This document shows, piece by piece, positions 1 to 10,214 of a stretch of 64,000 nt of DNA. Location: assembly GCA_024704765.1 (NCBI GenBank), contig JAKMXF010000015.1:1-64000 (forward strand), written 5' to 3'. Position 1 is the first letter of the stretch, and each line of letters starts with the position of its first letter. The DNA is from Oopsacas minuta. Its lineage: Eukaryota > Animalia > Porifera. Made by a program: the position numbers and the translations under genes. The notes under the pieces were generated by a model. That model was given only the letters and a program-made list of their open reading frames with translations. It did no database searches and was not told the origin of the DNA.

Positions 1-373
1 TTTCTGAGCCCATAAACAAGAAGAAATTTGAAAGTATTATTAGTTAAATAATTTTGGGTACTCAATCACTTGTTAGAACTCTATTTTCAGATTTACTACT
101 AAACCTTTGATATTATTCATACTTATCTTATTAATTCATTTACCGGTATATTGTTTGAATTTTGTATTAGAAATTAAGATATATTCAATTGAATTTGAAA
201 TACCGCTCCCATACTTATAATTAGAGCAGGACATCCCTGGCCATCACTCCACCCAGATTAGAAGTGCATTGCCTATCAACACTATAAATAGCAGAGAACT
301 CTCATAATAACAAAGTGTTTGGTTTCATTTCGTTATAACCGATAGTTTGTTGTAAGCGAAGTAAAATCAAATA

Positions 374-544
374 CAGTAGAACCTCGTTAATACGAACACG
401 ATCGGACCTTACTTTCCAAATTCGTACTTATTATCCGGAGTACGTATAAACTAGCCAATGTAGGGACATGATTTTGTGTAAATATTTGTTGTCTTATCGG
501 AATTTGTATTAACCGTGTTCGTACTAACTAAAGAAATTTGACTG
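374..544. mobile_element. pogo/Tigger-type MITE
   Basis: TA|CAGTAGAACCTCGTTAATACGAACACG ... CGTGTTCGTACTAAC..TTTGACTG|TA: imperfect TIRs with CAGT ends and TA flanks. Confidence 0.65.
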
Positions 545-949
545 TACTTTCAAGCTATAGGGGGTAAAGATCAAAGAATCACTTCGTTATAACTTACATA
601 TAACGCGAGTTTCGTTAGATCCGAATTTGTCTTATATAACAGGAGTTTACTCTACTAGTGTTTGATTAATGATATACCTTCTAGCGCTTTCTTTGATCAT
701 GCTTTCATTACTTTATGAAGATGTGATGAATTACGTTACTATAACTCAAGCATGTAATATTTCTCAAAGTATCTGTTGGAGAAGTGTAATGAGTTCAAGA
801 ACAGATCTTCTACATCCTGATTAATGTAACTACAGAGTTTGAGTATCTGAGAGAGAAGGTAAATATTTGTTGGAGTTATCTCGAAACTTGAAAGAGTATT
901 TACTTTCTCTTTCAAATACTTGTACTCTGTGGTTAAATAGCTTCAATAA

Positions 950-1520
950 TGAAGAGATTGAGATTATCTATGTCTCCACCTCAAAATGAAATCCTCTACA
1001 TCAAGATAAAGTTCAGGTTTTGCTGAGATATTCTATTGGGATTTCTCTGACAATTACAGAATCGATTTTGCAGAATATTTTTGGATGAAGAGATTTACTA
1101 TTTATTATGCGACTATTAATACATCCAAATATATTCTTCCACAACTAGAAGATGGAATAATCCTACATTGCCTCATGAACTGATTAATCTAGAATATCTC
1201 TCACTACCTTATTCTATTCTATTAGCAGTGGAGATAAAGTCTCCATGAACTACGCCTTCTCGCTTGATTGATTTCCTTAAATATTAATGAGTGTAGTTGG
1301 ATTACTGTTATTTTAATTATTCCTTGAGTATTAACTTGATTATACGATTACTTTTCTTGTTTCAGTTCCTCATAATTGATTCGTGTGGTATTAGAACATT
1401 ATTTTTCGGGTTTTGTTTAGAGGCTTTCAATAACACTGAATGGTGGATTACCCCATTTATACTATCGATTCAGGTTGTAAGAACAACTTTGGGGCTTGCA
1501 TATAATACATATATTCTGTA
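950..1520 (+). pseudogene. Heavily decayed LRR-receptor relic (tentative)
   Basis: Broken-frame peptides DFAEYFWMKRF, PTLPHELINLEYLSLP and FQFLIIDSCGIRTL resemble segments of the LRR-EGF protein at 58528 (DFFDYFTGLRRI, PSFTNLQSLYFL); many stops. Confidence 0.3.
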
Positions 1521-1807
1521 AATCTAACTATAATCCTTATACATATTCTTAATAGCGGGTGTTCTTATAAATCAGGGATTTACTGTATTTTCTCTAAATT
1601 TGATTTCATAGGTTGCCACTGAGCCTAACTGGAACAAATATTATTCAAAACATTCCAATTAACAAATATGATATCTTATTGAAATACTGTAATATTATAA
1701 TTAATATGATAAGTAATGTAGTACACATATATTCCAATGATCTACTCTGGTTACTAAGGGTAAATATACATAACTCAATTGAATAATATACTATTTGTAA
1801 TAAGTAA

Positions 1808-3010
1808 TCAGTATAGTTGGGTTGAATAAGGTTCAACACATATTTTCAATAGGAGAGAATCACCACCTGAGAATTTAGCTTGTCTAACTAAATCATGACT
1901 TGCGAATACGGTGAATCCTCTACCTGGTTTTACGTCATCATCTGGCTTATGGAAATTCTTGTCATCTTCACCTCTTACTTCTACACTGCGTATCTTGTTC
2001 CTATTCTCCTTCTTCTTGTTAATCATTGAGAATGTGAATCTTCCATTAAAAGGCCATTTTAGTTCATCATCCCATTCCCCTTTGACCACACGTACATATA
2101 CCCCTATTACTTTCCTGCTTCTATCGTTCAATTCTATGATAGCCTGACATTTGTATAGACACACATAGAAAGGTTCACTCTCTAATCTAACCTCCTGGCC
2201 ACCTTTCAGTTTACTTTCCAATTCATTGATTTGCATTACAATTGTTCCATTTGTGTTACGCATTATGGTGGATTCTAACCTCTTAATGTATGAATTCAAA
2301 CATCTGAGATGCTCGCTTTGATACACATTTTCGTGTTCCACCATTTCGTTACGAGCTAGATTCACTTCACAGCCTGAATGACTGTATACACAATTAACAA
2401 CAGCTAGCTTGCATTCCTTGTTGATATGTTGTTCTAATTCCTTACGTTTCATTTCATTTGGCTGGCAATCATTCGGACACATTACTGGATGTTCTGTACA
2501 CTCTAACAGATGGTTATCCATGTCTGCTACCTTCAAGTTATCTGAGCAGTATGCACAGCCTACCATACGGTTTTCGCATTCATTTTGAACGTGTTCTTCT
2601 ACTTCATCTGGTAACAGCAACTTTTCACAATTCAGTTCACAAGCTACTGGGTAGAACTCACAATTAGCTAGATGATCCTCTATAGTACTGATGGTCTCTT
2701 TACGCTCACATCCCTTATGTCTCATAGGGCAGAAAACCTCAATGGTATCGATAGCCGGCTGTTCCACTCCAACCGTATTCTTATCATCACCCTTTACACA
2801 GTTAGAGCACTTGTAACCTTTCTCAGTAAACATCGTCCCTCTCAACACTCCCTTACAGCTACAACATACTACATACTTTTCTTCTAAATCACTGAGATCT
2901 CTCACTAATAATTCCTTCTTCAATCCGCCGTATTTTGGGTTCTCTTCATCTTCACTGATTGGAACATAAATCAGTTCGTCTTTGCTTATTTCCCGTGTGC
3001 TTGTGCTCAT
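1808..3010 (-). CDS. TRAF-like protein (degenerate RING, TRAF zinc fingers, coiled coil, MATH domain), 400 aa, intronless
   Basis: CxxC..CxxC remnant RING; repeated CP..GC..HL..C/H..EC zinc fingers; MATH motifs SEPFYV, KGEWDDELKWPF, GRGFTVF, DSLLLKICV. True ATG at 3010 (ORF track starts at a TTG). Confidence 0.9.
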   Translation of the reverse strand: MSTSTREISKDELIYVPISEDEENPKYGGLKKELLVRDLSDLEEKYVVCCSCKGVLRGTMFTEKGYKCSNCVKGDDKNTVGVEQPAIDTIEVFCPMRHKGCERKETISTIEDHLANCEFYPVACELNCEKLLLPDEVEEHVQNECENRMVGCAYCSDNLKVADMDNHLLECTEHPVMCPNDCQPNEMKRKELEQHINKECKLAVVNCVYSHSGCEVNLARNEMVEHENVYQSEHLRCLNSYIKRLESTIMRNTNGTIVMQINELESKLKGGQEVRLESEPFYVCLYKCQAIIELNDRSRKVIGVYVRVVKGEWDDELKWPFNGRFTFSMINKKKENRNKIRSVEVRGEDDKNFHKPDDDVKPGRGFTVFASHDLVRQAKFSGGDSLLLKICVEPYSTQLY

Positions 3011-3149
3011 TTCTCCCAACTATATTTTGGGTAATTAATTTATAATACGGTTTTTATACTTCCATATGTTACCACTCCAATATAAAGTGTTCGCCTATTG
3101 TTCTTACGAAATCTTCAATGTATTCAAACACTATGGCTTTACTGTATCT

Positions 3150-3470
3150 GGTAGGTGTTTGACAGATTGTCGCAGGCGATTACAACGAATTGAATCCTTT
3201 AATGAAGTTTCTACTCGATTTAGGTAAGGCCTGAATTCCATAGCTGATGTATTCAATTGATTAAATGACGAAGTAATTACTACAGCATGGGATTGGTATT
3301 TTTTATAATATATATTGGTTTCACTATTCTGAGTATTTGTATATTTATGTTATCCTGAAGTAACAGAAGTAAAATTTATAAATTCTGGATAGATTTCGTA
3401 CTACTGCTTCAGCTAATACATACGCTTGTGGTTGTAATTTAATGGATAATGTATTTGATAATCTGTGTTC
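3150..3470 (+). pseudogene. Decayed LRR-receptor relic (tentative)
   Basis: RRRLQRIESFNEVST resembles GLRRIETFET, and NTYACGCNL resembles the LRRCT DPFICDCKL of the 58528 gene; frames broken. Confidence 0.3.
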
Positions 3471-4044
3471 TGGAATTGCTTGAGTGAATTATTAAAACTC
3501 CAATATTGTATTTAAAATTTTAAATATCGAGGAATGATATTCTCGATATTTTATCATTTTTAGATAATCAGATGATATAATTGTAATTCGATTTCACTTT
3601 TCGAAAAGTATGTCTTAACCAACTATAAGTCTTAAGCCGAGTTTTACTGTACCTTATTGATGATATAACTTAATGACTATTGGTGTAAACTCAGAATTTG
3701 TTTTTATAATATCTTTATTAGCAAAACACATGTTGTAGTATATTTATACCACCAATATTCAATTATACACTGTCCAGTTTGTTGTACAGTTTTTGAACTT
3801 TACTGTCTAGGTCACCCTACTCCTAATGAGAAACTTGTTTCAGCTCTACACAAGATCCACCTGAACATGCATGCTTGCGGGCTGGCTGCTCATTATCATT
3901 ACCACATTAGGATTATTTCCTGACATATCATAGGGAAAATTGATTTATTCATAAACAATATTCAAATGACTAAGTCAAATTTGATATTAGAATGTGATAA
4001 ACGAAGAAAAGTAATCTCTAATACACTCTTAGCTAGTTTATATA

Positions 4045-4287
4045 CACTCCCTGGCCAAAAGTATTGGAACACCCTGCCACAATTGACACCTGGCGCCAAA
4101 GGCATGTTACCTTAGTTGTATACTAATAGGCTAAAGGTGATCTTTAAAATATATAACTTAAATATATCATAAGCAACGAATGATAACACGAAATTGTCTA
4201 CTTTCTGCAATTGCATAGAATCTTTCAACATATTAATCCCTTGTGCCACAAGTGGTAAAGTGTTCCAATACTTTTGGCCAGGCAGTG
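4045..4287. mobile_element. Tc1-type MITE (243 bp) between the TRAF genes
   Basis: TA|CACTCCCTGGCCAAAAGTATTGGAACAC ... GTGTTCCAATACTTTTGGCCAGGCAGTG|TA: 28-bp TIR with 1 mismatch, TA target duplication. Confidence 0.9.
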
Positions 4288-4652
4288 TACTTTAATACAC
4301 CTTGTAGTTTAATTACATTGATGAAAGCGAAATAATGACAAAAATTCTAAAAATGACAATATTCGTGAGTTGGCGAAATCAGATGCGGGCGGTGGAGCTG
4401 AGACATGTTTCTAACTAACAGTGGCCTAATATGTTTCAAATCCACATTATAATATAACCAATTGTGTCTCAATTATAGTTAAAGATAAGAACTTTTATTT
4501 AACACATATAAAACATAATGAAGACATTAATAACAATGCAAGAATACCGTAGATAAACCTTGCCCGCTATCTACAAAGTAAATGAAAAAAACTATAATAC
4601 ATAACCAGTATAAAATGTTAAATTACCTCTTGGGGGGTAGGGTGCTATGAGA

Positions 4653-5945
4653 TTAGAATTCTACAGGTTCAGCAGTACACTCAACTTTGAATTCAATATA
4701 AATAGAATCGTTCTTACAGTACTTCTCATCCACAACCTCTGAATGCTTCATGAATGTAGGAATACCATATCCGTCATTCCGTGTGTTCACAGGTCGCTGG
4801 AATATGTGTCTCCGCTCGGGTAGTTCTGACGTGTTTAAGATCATGACGTAGTTATCGCTTTGACTCCTGCTACCGAGTAGTGTGAATGAATACATGCCCT
4901 TTAATGGCCAGGGTACCTTATCGTCAGAATCCCCTCGCATCAAGTACAGATACACACCGATAAAGTTAGCATTCTTGTCGTTGAACACTACCATAGCGTG
5001 GAATTTGTATAAACCTACGTAGAAAGGCGGTCCCTTCATTGCATAGTCACGATCATGTTTTTCACAATCTTCTATCTTCTTGCTGACACTATCAAACACT
5101 AATACATAATCTCCTTTATAAGAAGACACAATCATTTTCATGAGTACATCTTTACTGAGGTCGTAATAGCCTGCTATCCTCAAGATTTGATTCTCTTCTT
5201 TCAGCTTAACTACGTCGTTCTTCAATCGATTCATTACTGCATTCATTTCATTTGTTTTAGCTTCTAACTCGAATATCTTATCTTTATCCATCTCGTTCTC
5301 ACTGCGTAACATTTCGAGATGATCTATAGATTTATCATTCACGTGTGTTTTCAATGCTTTCCGCTCTACCATTGCCTCACAGCCGTATTTAGCATATACA
5401 CAGGGAACCACAGCGAATGGACACGAATTTATTGTATGTATTTTCATATCTCTTTTTCGTAACATCCCAACTCCGCAATTTCTTTCGCATTCGATCATTA
5501 CTTCTTCACATACTCTAGAATGTGTCTCAATATTCGCTCTCTCCATCACAACTCCGCAACTCCATTCACAATCCAACAGTACGTATTGACACATATCTAA
5601 ATGATATGATACCTCACTGATTTTACCTTCCCATTCACAACCTCGTGTTTTTAATGGACAAATAGAATCCAAGCCTTCTATCGCGTTATCAGTCACAGTG
5701 AATGGAATTGTATTTCTGTTGTTTACATCTGTACAAGGTTTACACTTTTGTATGCCTTCACTTGTTACATGCGACTCTCTTAACAAACCCCCACACTCAA
5801 GACAAGAAAACATTTTAACTTCCTCTTTCGTCAATTCACGTGATAATAAATCTCTTTTGTATCCACCATATTTGCCTTCTCCTTCCATAAAATGGTATAC
5901 CAGTCTAGGCTTTAAATCTGGAGCCACTATATTTTGTGTTGCCAT
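4653..5945 (-). CDS. TRAF-like protein (degenerate RING, TRAF zinc fingers, coiled coil, MATH), about 430 aa, intronless
   Basis: CLECGGLL..CKPC; CPLKTRGCEW..HLDMC; MATH motifs GPPFYVGLYKF, RGDSDDKVPWP, GYGIPTF, NDSIYIEFKV. Likely ATG at 5945 (MATQNIV). Confidence 0.9.
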   Translation of the reverse strand: MATQNIVAPDLKPRLVYHFMEGEGKYGGYKRDLLSRELTKEEVKMFSCLECGGLLRESHVTSEGIQKCKPCTDVNNRNTIPFTVTDNAIEGLDSICPLKTRGCEWEGKISEVSYHLDMCQYVLLDCEWSCGVVMERANIETHSRVCEEVMIECERNCGVGMLRKRDMKIHTINSCPFAVVPCVYAKYGCEAMVERKALKTHVNDKSIDHLEMLRSENEMDKDKIFELEAKTNEMNAVMNRLKNDVVKLKEENQILRIAGYYDLSKDVLMKMIVSSYKGDYVLVFDSVSKKIEDCEKHDRDYAMKGPPFYVGLYKFHAMVVFNDKNANFIGVYLYLMRGDSDDKVPWPLKGMYSFTLLGSRSQSDNYVMILNTSELPERRHIFQRPVNTRNDGYGIPTFMKHSEVVDEKYCKNDSIYIEFKVECTAEPVEF

Positions 5946-7117
5946 TTGGAATTTAATTTGAATTCCAAATCGTTTTGCCTTTTTAATATGAAATGTTCTC
6001 AATGATTTGTAGGCTCAATCTATAATTATACTTATTATACTATTCTATATGGTTACTATTTGTGGCACAATTATTGCAATGGTTAATCTATATCAATTTC
6101 ATATTTTATGGATTCTGGTGTAGTTGAACTTTTTCACTGAAAGAAGATAGCCGTAATAATGCTCAAATATTAAATATTACTATACTATTGCACACATGGC
6201 TATTACATAATAGTATTTCTATGTAATTTATCCGTGTTACAACTTCTGTCGTGCAATATTCAATAACATATTCCTAAAGGTTTAACTGTTGATGTAATAT
6301 AAGTAATGTCTTATTCAATTCTGTAACTACGGATATTATTTCAATACAGAAATGAATGCTATATATTGCAAACTGGGTTTTACAATATTAGTGGTATATA
6401 CTCGTATATTATGGTATTAATATATGGATTGGTGTTTTAATCAGAAGATCGATGTATGAATAATTCACAATTCAAGGTATTGAACCCTGTTATGAATTAC
6501 TAATCATGAATCTGTTTATATGAATGTATACTCTAAATCTAAAAATCTCTGGGAAGTTAATTTTGTTCAATTTATATATCGATTAGGCTTAATTTATGAT
6601 TCCTGGAAGGTTATTTATGTAATAATTCATTGATATATTCAAATAATATAATTGTAAAATCGACATTTTAAGATGTTTTGGAGATTTCTATTTTACAAAA
6701 TCAACTCTTTTATGCATATTTTATATGTTGGATTATACAGAATTAACATTATTAATGTTGGCTATGTAAATCTACGAGTTTACAAAATCTATCTGCTATA
6801 ACTAGTAACAGAACTATTAAAATATCAAAAACCAAATCAATACAGATTAGAATCAAGATTCACATGTTTAACCTTATAAACAATCCTTACGTATAATGCT
6901 AACGATGATGAGTTATTGCTTCATTTACAATGATTTGCTGGACTAAAACTATTGTAAATATTAATATTAGTATTACACAAGATTGAATACAAAAGATTCC
7001 TCTATTTTGATTTTAATATTTAATAGTATAAATACACCAACGATTGAAATAACTATAAATTTTTAATACGATCCTCATAGCTAATAATTCTACTATCAAT
7101 AATGATAGTATTCTTCC

Positions 7118-8164
7118 ATGGATAGAGTAGTTATCATTTGTATGATGCTAGGCTTCTGTTTCTTTTGTATATTCATATTGTCACTAGTTTGGTCCATCAA
7201 CTTGATTATTCATATCATAAAAGATAGAATTCTCTTGAAAATATACGCTAAAGAGTTATTGCATTCAATTCATTATGAATTGTTGAGGTTAAAACTTAGA
7301 AATATTAAAGGCAATATGGTTAAGAATTCATTTCTATTCACGATTTGTACTATAGAATAGCTCACAATGTTTATCCTACATTTTTATATCTTAAAAAGAA
7401 TTGGAGGCATATTTTCACTCCAAATCTAGTTGGAATACAATCATTAGACATATCTAATGCATTATATTCAGCTTTAACTAATCATTTATTGGATAAATGC
7501 TGATAATAATCAGAATATTAACAGAATATTTATCACCACAATACACTTTCTTTCCTGATGCAAATTTCAACTTAGTACATTATTCAAACGAATAGTTGTG
7601 ATGCTATCTTTCATCTTTATTCTTGGTTTAGTTCACCAAACAATCATTTTACAATTGGTCACTATTTGCATATATTTTGTGAAGGAATTCGTATGTTTCT
7701 CAAAGGAAACAAATATCTTACCAAACTCGTTATGCCAGCGTTATTTGGATGCTAAAATACATGAAAACCATTCAAAGAATGTCGTCCGATATTACCGAAT
7801 GGCTTATTCAGATTTCAAGATAGGATCATGCCTATTAATTACTTGATTCTTCCTGTATACAATTGGCTTGATTGCATTGCTTATATTCTCACTGGTATTG
7901 TTTATCCTATCTTCTAGCAATTGGATTGGTATTATTTTATTCAATGTTATTAGAGTTGATGCATTTCCACTGCTATTTCAACATCAACTGGATATATTTA
8001 CAAAATATTATACTGTTATAGAATTGCTCATCCTCCTTGTTTGTCTTGGATTGCTTGTTATTCCATATGTTACTGTGTCTCTGAGATTATGCTTTTACGG
8101 ATTTTGGAGAAAGTTGGAAGAGAGATTGGATTATCCTAATCATGACAATACAGGAAATGATTAG
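7118..8164 (+). pseudogene. Disrupted paralog of the 7TM-like gene at 24668
   Basis: Three hydrophobic ORF pieces; KGNMVKNSFLFTICTIE matches KTDYVKSIFLFNINILE of the 24668 protein; similar total span; several stops and frameshifts. Confidence 0.6.
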
Positions 8165-8269
8165 AAATAAATAGTAAGAATATTTGAGATTCTAACTTGA
8201 TTGTTACAATGGTTTAACTATTACGTAATTAAGTGTAGCCTATATATGGTATATAAATATAGATATATT

Positions 8270-8305
8270 ACAAGTCGCTTCGCTTCCTCGCGCTGCGCGG
8301 CTTGC
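8270..8305 (-). mobile_element. Helitron-like 3' end (degenerate)
   Basis: Reverse strand GCCGCGCAGCGCGAGGAAGCGAAGCGACTTG|T, same motif family as 9374, 42864 and 46689. Confidence 0.35.
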
Positions 8306-8839
8306 AAACACAAAGTGTTTGCAATTAAATCGCCCCAATAAGTAGCAAGTGGCGGAAGATCAATTCAAATTTATTACGTACTAAATACAGTATATTGGGA
8401 GTCTGTTATTTATGAGGTCTATAGTAATTCAATACAGAAATTGCTAAGTACTACAATCAGCATTCGTAAATCGGTTGCTGACGTGTACTTCTCTCCAGAG
8501 GCAAACTGAGAGCCAAAAATAGTCTTATCAATTGAATAACCATTATAGGGCCCTGATTTGTGAATTTTCTGTTCGTCTAATCAGGAATTTGTATAAACAG
8601 TGTTCGTATCAGCGAGAGTCTTCTGTAATCGTTTTAGCGTCTAATTTCCCACTCTGTAATTCCCATACTATTTACTTGGAATTTACAGCAGAACTACATA
8701 TGCCTGTCCCCTCATTACTGGCTTCAATTTCATTCTATAGTAATACCACACAAATTCTACTTTTAAGTTATAACACGTTGCACTACTGTAAATAGTTGTA
8801 AATGAATTAATACTATTAACTTTACCAAGTAATATATAC

Positions 8840-9260
8840 TAGGAGAATCTTTGCAATCTATGGTACCAATCAGTAATTTGAAGAAGCCTCCCACCATTCT
8901 TACGTTCATTGGACAAACAACAAAGGAGACTTAATGATATTGATTATTATTAACAGTATACACTGTGCACATCAGTAAATACTCTAACACAGGAGTTAAT
9001 CTACAAATACCAAATACAATATGGAGTTGTATTTTGTAAATTAGGGAAATATTTATGATTAAATAATCATTGTACCTATCATGATTAGTTCGGAGCTAAT
9101 ACACGTATTGCTGTATGAATCTGATAAGTAACTTTGATTGTACAGAATTCTGGAATAGTATGATGTCATTGTCTTTAAATTCGTTACTCTTTATGTTTGC
9201 TGAAGGGAATAGAGTTGATTCGTTGACTTTCTACCAAATTGGTTAACAATTATTGGTTCA
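8840..9260 (-). pseudogene. Decayed NHL-repeat gene relic (C-terminal part)
   Basis: Minus strand GGRLLQITDWYHRLQRFS* matches the NHL C-terminus NIVAVDCKDHNRLQAFSYL* at 32748; upstream frames broken. Confidence 0.35.
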
Positions 9261-9373
9261 TTTTTCCAAGATGCGAACACGCGCGGCTTGGGAACACTTT
9301 GTGTTCGCATGAGACTCGGCACCCCGTGCCAAGAATTTAGCAAAGTCTAAAATCGCAAAATGAATTAATAAAT

Positions 9374-9407
9374 ACTAGCGCGCTTCGCTTGCTAGTTCGC
9401 TGCGCGA
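9374..9407 (-). mobile_element. Helitron-like 3' end
   Basis: Reverse strand CGCGCAGCGAACTAGCAAGCGAAGCGCG-CTAG|T: GC-rich hairpin-like tract followed by CTAG|T. Confidence 0.45.
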
Positions 9408-9740
9408 CAGCTTAGGGTCTTAGGTTAGCTTAAGTATTAAACAACTACATTTCTTGATGCTTTTGGTGGCTACACGACGGGATATACTCAGCACTATGTG
9501 CCTCGGGGTTAAATTTTTGTGGAAATTTTAATTTATTATTTTCCATGGTCCATCCAAATTCCATTTATGGTTTTTGTAGTAATACTGCCGCTCTTACGTG
9601 GCTTTTGGTTAGTAATCTGGGCCCTTTATGCCTCAGGTATTTTGAAATTCAGAATTTTTCGATTTTTACACTTTTGGATTAATCATATGTAAATTTATTG
9701 GTATTCGCATCAATTTAGGTAAGGCGAAATTCAAGAATAG

Positions 9741-9830
9741 TTCTCTATTCTTAAATATTCCATAAGATTGATGATATTAATCCGGAGTAATGACAGATAT
9801 TGTTAAGCGAGTGGTTAGTAAACAATCTTT
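9741..9830 (+). pseudogene. Degenerate copy of the start of exon 2 of the ferritin-like fusion gene
   Basis: ttctctattcttaaatattccataagattgatgatattaatccggagtaatgacagatattgttaagcga aligns with 12761-12830; it carries a TAA stop and a 1-nt deletion. Confidence 0.8.
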
Positions 9831-10214
9831 GATAATCCAATTCTCATCTTACAGAGTCAATATGCAAAGATAGTGCATACAGATTCACAATAGCATAGAT
9901 TAACTAACATATTCCTTATGAATTCACGGAAAGTATATAAGCACTAGCCAAGTCAAGTCTATTACTTAATTCAATCCAGAACACAGATTTGTAGAATATT
10001 CTGAAATATTCAAACAAATTCTATTCAAGTGAGTTTAGTATAATTACCAATACAAAAACGTCATAAATCTGAGTTAATTAAACTCTTCAGTTGTTAATAT
10101 TTACTTTCGGTTCGAGTTTAGTAATATATAATTAATCCGTGAACACAATTTAATAATATCTTCATTTTAACAGAACACAATCCTAACGTAATATCTCTCA
10201 GCAAGTTTGAAAGA

